Notes under the pieces: generated by a model
What the model was told of the DNA's origin: nothing
The model's database searches: none
The model's input: the letters and a program-made list of their open reading frames with translations, nothing else
Position numbers and translations under genes: made by a program
NCBI GenBank assembly: GCA_963708025.1
Contig: CAVPSB010000007.1
Span: 42,653 to 106,652 of the forward strand
Source of the DNA: an uncultured Candidatus Rokubacteria bacterium
GTDB lineage: Bacteria > Methylomirabilota > Methylomirabilia > Rokubacteriales > DASRDR01
Direction of reading: 5' to 3'
DNA: 64,000 nt
Shown here: piece after piece, positions 58,836-64,000 of the stretch
How positions within the stretch are numbered: position 1 is the stretch's first letter
Layout of the letters: the number at the start of each line of letters is the position of its first letter

Positions 58836-59030
58836 CCGGGCCGATGCCCGTCGCCCCGCGGCGTCCTCGGTCGTCGGCGACCCTCCCGCAAGGGAGCGAC
58901 GCCCGGAGGGCCGAAGGCCCGGAGCGTCGTGACCAGGCGGTCAGTTGCGGCATACGCCTCGGGTCCCCTCCTCCCTGCGTCCTTCGGACGGCCTTCGGCC
59001 TTTCGGCGGGGCTCGGGCCTCGGCCCGGTC
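58833..59030 (+). repeat. Family B element, degenerate copy 5
   Basis: GGGCCGATG..CGTCCTCGGTCGTCG..CCCTGCGTCCTTCGGACGGCCTTCGGCCT..CCTCGGCCCGG; starts at the NIL gene stop. Confidence 0.65.
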
Positions 59031-59053
59031 ACGCCCCGACGCCACCCTGAGCA

Positions 59054-59815
59054 TTGGCCGGTAGTTTGACCGGTGAGCAGGTGCGCCGGTACAGCCGGCA
59101 GCTGCTCCTCGACGAGGTCGGGGCAGCGGGACAGGCCCGACTCGCGGCCTCCCGCGTCCTCGTGGTCGGCGCCGGCGGGCTGGGCTCGCCGGCCGCGCTG
59201 TACCTGGCCGGGGCCGGCGTCGGCACGCTGGGCCTCGCCGACGACGACGCCGTCGAGTTGTCAAACCTCCACCGGCAGATCCTTCACGGGAGCAAGGACC
59301 TCGAGCGCCCCAAGGTCCATTCGGGCCAGGCGCGCCTCGAGGAGCTGAACCCGGACGTCGCGGTCGTTCCCCATCGCCTGCGGCTGGGAGTGGACAACGT
59401 CCGGGCGGTGATCGGTCGCTACGACGTCGTCGTCGAGGGCTCGGACAACGTCGAGACCAAGCTCGCTGTCAACGACGCCTGCGTCGCCCTCGCCCGGCCG
59501 CTGGTGCTCGGCGCGGTGGTCGCCTGGGAGGGCCAGCTCCTGGTGGTGCGTCCGGGCGAGACCGCCTGCTACCGCTGCGTGGTCCGGGGCGTCCCGCCGG
59601 CGGGCGCCGTGGCGAGCTGCGCCTCGGCCGGGATCCTGGGTCCGGTGGCGGGCGTCGTCGGGAGCCTGCAGGCGATCGAAGCCCTGAAGCTCTGCCTGGG
59701 GCTGGGCACGGCGGTCACCGGACGGCTCCTCCTCTACGATGGCCGGCGCGCCGAGTTGACGGGGGTGACCGCGCACCGCGACCCCGGCTGTCCCGCATGC
59801 ACTGCGAACGTGTGA
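59054..59815 (+). CDS. HesA/MoeB/ThiF family adenylyltransferase
   Basis: RYSRQLLL, VGAGGLGSP, SNLHRQ, CYRC, CPAC. Confidence 0.93.
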   Translation: MAGSLTGEQVRRYSRQLLLDEVGAAGQARLAASRVLVVGAGGLGSPAALYLAGAGVGTLGLADDDAVELSNLHRQILHGSKDLERPKVHSGQARLEELNPDVAVVPHRLRLGVDNVRAVIGRYDVVVEGSDNVETKLAVNDACVALARPLVLGAVVAWEGQLLVVRPGETACYRCVVRGVPPAGAVASCASAGILGPVAGVVGSLQAIEALKLCLGLGTAVTGRLLLYDGRRAELTGVTAHRDPGCPACTANV

Positions 59816-59898
59816 TGGAATCGCGGTCTCCGGCTCCCCCCTCCCCCCGGTGGGTGGGGGAGGGGGGTTGGGGGGGTAGGCGGGAGGTCCCCGAATGA
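59803..59898 (+). repeat. Family A element, copy 11
   Basis: Contains the stop of the MoeB-family gene and, at its 3' end, GGAGGT followed by ATG 59895. Confidence 0.9.
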
Positions 59899-61070
59899 CA
59901 GCACGGACGATCTCGAAGCGGGTCCAGGGCTTCACCGAGTCGGTGATCCGGGAGATGACCCGGGTCAACGCCGAGTACGGCGGCGTCAACCTGGCCCAGG
60001 GCTTTCCCAACTTCCCGCCGCCGAAGGAGCTGGTCGAGGCGGCCCACCGGGCGATCGACGGCGACTTCCACCAGTACGCGATCACCTGGGGGGCGCGGAA
60101 CCTGCGCGAGGCGGTCGCGGCGAAGTTCGAGCGGTTCTACGGGAAGCCGGTGGACCCCGAGCGCCAGGTGACGGTCTGCTGCGGCTCCACCGAGGCCATG
60201 CTCGCCACGCTCCTGGCGGTGCTCGACCCCGGCGACGAGATCATCATCTTCGAGCCCTTCTACGAGAACTACGGGCCGGGCGCCATCATCTCGGGCGCGA
60301 AGCCGGTCTACGTGCCGCTGGAGCCCCCCGACTTCTCGTTCGACCCCGCGCGGCTGCGCCGCGCCTTCGGCCCCCGGACCCGCGCGATCGTGTTCAACAG
60401 CCCGAACAACCCGACCGGGAAGGTGTTCTCGCTCCCCGAGCTGGAGACGATCGCGGCCCTGTGCCAGGAGCACGACGTCCTCGCCATCACCGACGAGATC
60501 TACGAGCACATCGTCTTCGACGGCGAGCGTCACGTCCCGATCGCCACCCTGCCCGGAATGTGGGAGCGCACGATCACGATCTCGGGTGCCTCCAAGTCCT
60601 ACTCGGTGACCGGCTGGCGCATCGGCTACACGATCAGCCCGCCCGACCTCGCGGTGGGGATCCGGCGCGCCCACGACTTCGTGACCGTCGGGGCCCCGGC
60701 GCCGCTCCAGGAAGCGGCGGTGACCGCGCTCACGCTCCCCGATTCCTACTACGTCGCCTTGCGGGAAGGCTACCAGGCGCGTCGCGACCTCCTCCTGCCC
60801 TTGCTCGAGAAGGCGGGCTTCCGGACCTTCACGCCGCGCGGCGCCTACTACATCCTCACGGAGTGCGCGCACTTCCTCGAGCGCTTCGGGCTGCCCGACG
60901 ACACGGCCTTCGCCATGTACCTGATCAAGGAGATCGGCGTGGCGACGGTGCCCGGCTCCTCCTTCTACGCGCATCCCGAGCTGGGGCGAACGAAGATCCG
61001 CTTCTGCTTCCCAAAGACCGATGACGTGCTGCTGGACGCCGGTCGCCGCCTCCAAGCGCTTGCCCGTTAG
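59895..61070 (+). CDS. Class I/II PLP aminotransferase
   Basis: NLAQGFP, NSPNNPTG, DEIY, SKSYSVTGWRIG, IRFCFPK. Confidence 0.93.
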   Translation: MTARTISKRVQGFTESVIREMTRVNAEYGGVNLAQGFPNFPPPKELVEAAHRAIDGDFHQYAITWGARNLREAVAAKFERFYGKPVDPERQVTVCCGSTEAMLATLLAVLDPGDEIIIFEPFYENYGPGAIISGAKPVYVPLEPPDFSFDPARLRRAFGPRTRAIVFNSPNNPTGKVFSLPELETIAALCQEHDVLAITDEIYEHIVFDGERHVPIATLPGMWERTITISGASKSYSVTGWRIGYTISPPDLAVGIRRAHDFVTVGAPAPLQEAAVTALTLPDSYYVALREGYQARRDLLLPLLEKAGFRTFTPRGAYYILTECAHFLERFGLPDDTAFAMYLIKEIGVATVPGSSFYAHPELGRTKIRFCFPKTDDVLLDAGRRLQALAR

Positions 61071-61324
61071 TTCTCGGGGCGGGGTCGAGGAGCGAGCAGC
61101 GCCCACAGGCCGAAGGCCGTGGCCGAAGGACGCAGGGAGTCGCCGACCGCAGGCGTACTCCGAGTACGCCGAGGATCGGCGACGACCCCAAAGGCCGAAG
61201 GCCGTCCGAACGACGACCAGAGGTCGGGACGGACGCCCGCAGGCCGAAGGCTGTCCGATCGACGCAGGCCGACCGCGTCACGACCGAGATGAACATTGCG
61301 ACGCTCCTCGGCCCCCCCCGCTAG
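61068..61324 (-). mobile_element. Family B element, copy 6 (inverted, longest)
   Basis: TAG..GGGGCGGGGTCGAGGAGCG ... CGCTCCTCGGCCCCCCCCG-CTAG. Confidence 0.8.
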
Positions 61325-61327
61325 ACC

Positions 61328-62671
61328 GTGAGCGACCCGGCGCCGCTGCGGCTGGCAGCCCGCGCCATCCTCGACGCCGCCATCGCCGCCGGCGATGCCC
61401 GCCGGCTCGTCCGGGCCGCTGTCGGGCTCGACGGCTCGCGCCTCACGGCGGCCGATCGGCGCTTCGACCTCGATCGCCTGCGCCGAATCGTCGTCGTGGG
61501 GGCAGGGAAGGCGTCGGGCGAGATGGCGCGCGCCGTGGAGGAGTCGCTCGGGGGCCGGGTCTCCGAGGGGCTGGTCGCGGTCCAGCACGCCGGGACCGCC
61601 CGGCCGGGTCGGGTCCGCCTCGTCGAGGCCGGTCATCCGATCCCGGACGAGCGTGGCCGGGCGGCGGCCGAGGAAATCCTGCGGCTCGTGAAGAGCGCCG
61701 GCGCCGAGGATTTGGTGCTCTGCCTCATTTCCGGCGGGGGGTCGGCGCTCCTGCCGCTGCCGGTGCCCGGCGTGAGCCTGGCGGAGAAGCAGGCCGTGAC
61801 CCGCCTCCTCCTCGAGGCGGGCGCGACCATCAACGAGCTGAATGCGGTGCGGAAGCACCTGTCCGCGCTCAAGGGCGGCCAGCTCGCCCGGGCCGCGGCC
61901 CCGGCGCCGGTGGTGGCGCTCCTCCTTTCCGACGTCATCGGTGATCCCCTGGACGTGATCGCCTCGGGCCCCACGGCGCCCGACCCCACCACCTTCGCCG
62001 ACGCCCTGGCCGTCCTCGACCGGTTCCGCCTCCGGGAGCGGGTGCCCGAGTCCGCCCGGCGCCACCTGGAGGCGGGGGCGGCCGGGGCCGTCCCGGAGAC
62101 GCCGAAGCCCGGGGACCCGGTCTTCGCCTCCGTGACCAACCGCGTCATCGGCAACAACGGGCTGGTGGTCGAGGCGGCGCTCGACGCAGCGCGGCGGCTG
62201 GGATATCCGCCGCTTCTCCTCACGCGCCAGCTCCAGGGAGAGGCGCGGGAGGTTGCCCGGGTCGTCGCCGCCGTCCTCGGCGAGGCCGCCGGGTCCGGGC
62301 GGCCCGTGGGCCCACCCGCCTGTCTCGTGGCCGCCGGCGAGACGACGGTCACGGTGCGGGGCCCGGGCAAAGGCGGACGCTGCCAGGAGTTCTGCCTTGC
62401 GCTCGCGCCGGCGGTGGCCGCCCTGCCGGGCGTCGTGGTGCTCGCCGCCGGCACCGACGGGAGCGACGGGCCCACCGACGCCGCCGGTGCCCTCGTCGAC
62501 TGGACGACGATCGAGCGCGCCCGCGCCGCCCAGCTGGACCCCCGCGCCGCCCTCGCCGCCAACGACGCCTACCACTTCTTCGCGACGCTGGGGGATCTCG
62601 TCGTGACCGGGCCGACCGGGACGAATCTGCTCGACCTCTACCTGGCCCTCGTGGTCTCTCCGGCCCGGTGA
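61328..62671 (+). CDS. Glycerate 2-kinase (DUF4147/MOFRL, TtuD-like)
   Basis: GAGKA, ISGGGSALL, ELNAVRKHLS..KGG, ASGPT, GETTV, GTDGSDG, TGPTGTN. Confidence 0.93.
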   Translation: MSDPAPLRLAARAILDAAIAAGDARRLVRAAVGLDGSRLTAADRRFDLDRLRRIVVVGAGKASGEMARAVEESLGGRVSEGLVAVQHAGTARPGRVRLVEAGHPIPDERGRAAAEEILRLVKSAGAEDLVLCLISGGGSALLPLPVPGVSLAEKQAVTRLLLEAGATINELNAVRKHLSALKGGQLARAAAPAPVVALLLSDVIGDPLDVIASGPTAPDPTTFADALAVLDRFRLRERVPESARRHLEAGAAGAVPETPKPGDPVFASVTNRVIGNNGLVVEAALDAARRLGYPPLLLTRQLQGEAREVARVVAAVLGEAAGSGRPVGPPACLVAAGETTVTVRGPGKGGRCQEFCLALAPAVAALPGVVVLAAGTDGSDGPTDAAGALVDWTTIERARAAQLDPRAALAANDAYHFFATLGDLVVTGPTGTNLLDLYLALVVSPAR

Positions 62672-62851
62672 GCCTCCGGTGAGGCGCTGCCTAAGGGTTG
62701 GGCGGCGAGGTGTTCGCCCCTTGTTCGTCGGGCGCTTGCTTCCGTTTCCCACCAAGTTATCCACGGGCGGCGCACCGAAACGGTGGACAGGGCGCTCCCC
62801 TTCCCACGTCCCAAACGGGAACCCCGGACTCCGGTCGGACGCAGCGTTCTG

Positions 62852-62880
62852 TTGACGTGTTCTCCCTCCGGGCCTACAGT
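62852..62880 (+). promoter_or_regulatory. Sigma70-like promoter
   Basis: TTGACG-N17-TACAGT ahead of ATG 62917. Confidence 0.6.
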
Positions 62881-62916
62881 CACAGGCGAGGGGCCCAAGC
62901 CGCGTGGGCGGTCGGG

Positions 62917-64000
62917 ATGGCGACGGCTTCGGGCCTGGGCGGGAGCGGCGTGCATCACCTCGCGCATCGATTCGTGTTTCGATACGGCCTGGCGGTCTTC
63001 GCGGCCGGTGTTGTGACCTGGTGCCGGGTTGCGCTCGAGCCCGCCACGGGAGGCCTCTCCACCCTTCTCCTCGGCGCCACGGCGATCCTCGTCGTGAGCT
63101 GGGTGGCGGCCGTCGGTCCGGGCATCCTGGCGACCGCGCTGATCGGTCTCGTCTGCTATCCCGTCGTGCCGCCGGTGTCGCTGGCGTTCTTCCTGGTCCA
63201 CGCCGTCTTCATCAACCTCCTGGTCGCCGCCCGATCCGGCGAGCGCCGGCACCGCGAGGCGGCGCTGTCGTCGCTTCGCTGGCACGCGGAGGAGGCGCGC
63301 CAGAACGAGCGACGCATCGTCGACCTGAACCGGGACCTCCAGCGCCGGCTGGACGAGCGGAACGCGCTCGTGCTGCGCGAGCAGGCGCAGCGGCTCGACG
63401 CCGAGCGGCGGCACCGGGACGCCCGGCTGCTCGCCGACGTGGCGCGGAGCGTGAACGACTCGCTCGACCTCGATCGGATGCTGCCGCCCGTCGCCGCGGC
63501 GGCGCGCGAGCTGAGCGAGAGCGACACGGCCCGCCTCGCGCTCCGGCGTTCGGAATCCGAGGCGCTGACCTTCCGGCACTGCGTGGGCATCCGGTATGTC
63601 TACGGCGGGATCCGCCTCGAGCCCGACCAGGGAGTGGCCGGGAAGGTGATCGCGACGGGGCGGGCGTACCGGGTCGCCGACGTCTCGCGGGATCCCGGGG
63701 TGGGCGCCGATCCTCTCTGGCCGAGCGCCGAGGAGGAGCCGGGGGCCGCGCTCGTCGTTCCCATCCGGATCGGACACCGGGTGGAGGGTCTCCTGTGCGT
63801 GGATCGACGATCCACCCGCGCCTTCACCGACGAGGACGAAGCCAACCTCCTGCGGCTGGCCGATCTCGCCGGGATCGCCCTCCGCAACCTGCAGCTCCTG
63901 GCCGGGGAGCAGTCGGCCCGCGCGGAAGCCGAGGCGGCCAGCCGGGCCAAGGACGAGTTCCTCGCCATGCTCGGTCACGAGCTGAGGAATCCCCTGGGCG
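62917..64000 (+). CDS. Sensor histidine kinase (membrane sensor + GAF + HisKA), 3' partial
   Basis: Open frame running off the end of the window, so absent from the ORF track; SLDLDRML..FTDEDEANLL (GAF) and AKDEFLAMLGHELRNPL (H-box). Confidence 0.9.
   Translation, partial: MATASGLGGSGVHHLAHRFVFRYGLAVFAAGVVTWCRVALEPATGGLSTLLLGATAILVVSWVAAVGPGILATALIGLVCYPVVPPVSLAFFLVHAVFINLLVAARSGERRHREAALSSLRWHAEEARQNERRIVDLNRDLQRRLDERNALVLREQAQRLDAERRHRDARLLADVARSVNDSLDLDRMLPPVAAAARELSESDTARLALRRSESEALTFRHCVGIRYVYGGIRLEPDQGVAGKVIATGRAYRVADVSRDPGVGADPLWPSAEEEPGAALVVPIRIGHRVEGLLCVDRRSTRAFTDEDEANLLRLADLAGIALRNLQLLAGEQSARAEAEAASRAKDEFLAMLGHELRNPLG

Noticed and set aside
14309-59815. TGA stops followed by repeat hairpins read as Sec read-through sites
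   Set aside because: These TGAs fall at the normal C-termini of complete proteins, not at Cys-equivalent positions, and the downstream sequence is repeat DNA.
62757-62765. DnaA box (TTATCCACG) suggesting oriC
   Set aside because: Only a single near-match, with no box cluster, no AT-rich unwinding element and no dnaA nearby.

Overview
High-GC bacterial chromosomal window made up mostly of housekeeping and accessory genes; the gene style suggests Ca. Rokubacteria/Methylomirabilota (inference only). Main contents: a TPP-riboswitch-controlled thiS-thiG-thiE-thiO operon, tldD-pmbA-tatD, an EmrAB-type pump, uppP, a six-gene envelope/signalling cluster (Pro-rich TPR protein, TPR-CsgG-like lipoprotein, Ser/Thr kinase, PDZ lipoprotein), moeA/xdhC, selD, phoD, a radical SAM gene, a thrC-moaD-NIL-moeB-aminotransferase cluster, glycerate kinase and a partial histidine kinase. 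The ORF track misses several things. (1) Two probable selenoproteins with in-frame UGA: SelD (U-A-C-K) and a DsbA/FrnE-like protein (U-P-W-C), each followed by a SECIS-like hairpin. (2) About 22 short structured intergenic elements in three repeated families plus one MITE-like element; most begin at the stop codon of the neighbouring gene, and one family is usually TGA-flanked and ends in a Shine-Dalgarno sequence placed just before the next start codon. (3) Many probable leaderless genes. (4) Two ubiquitin-like sulfur carriers whose Gly-Gly end is masked by an Arg. Frameshifts at 1-4100, ~14890 and ~23380 look like sequencing indels. No CRISPR array, tRNA, rRNA or transposase was seen.
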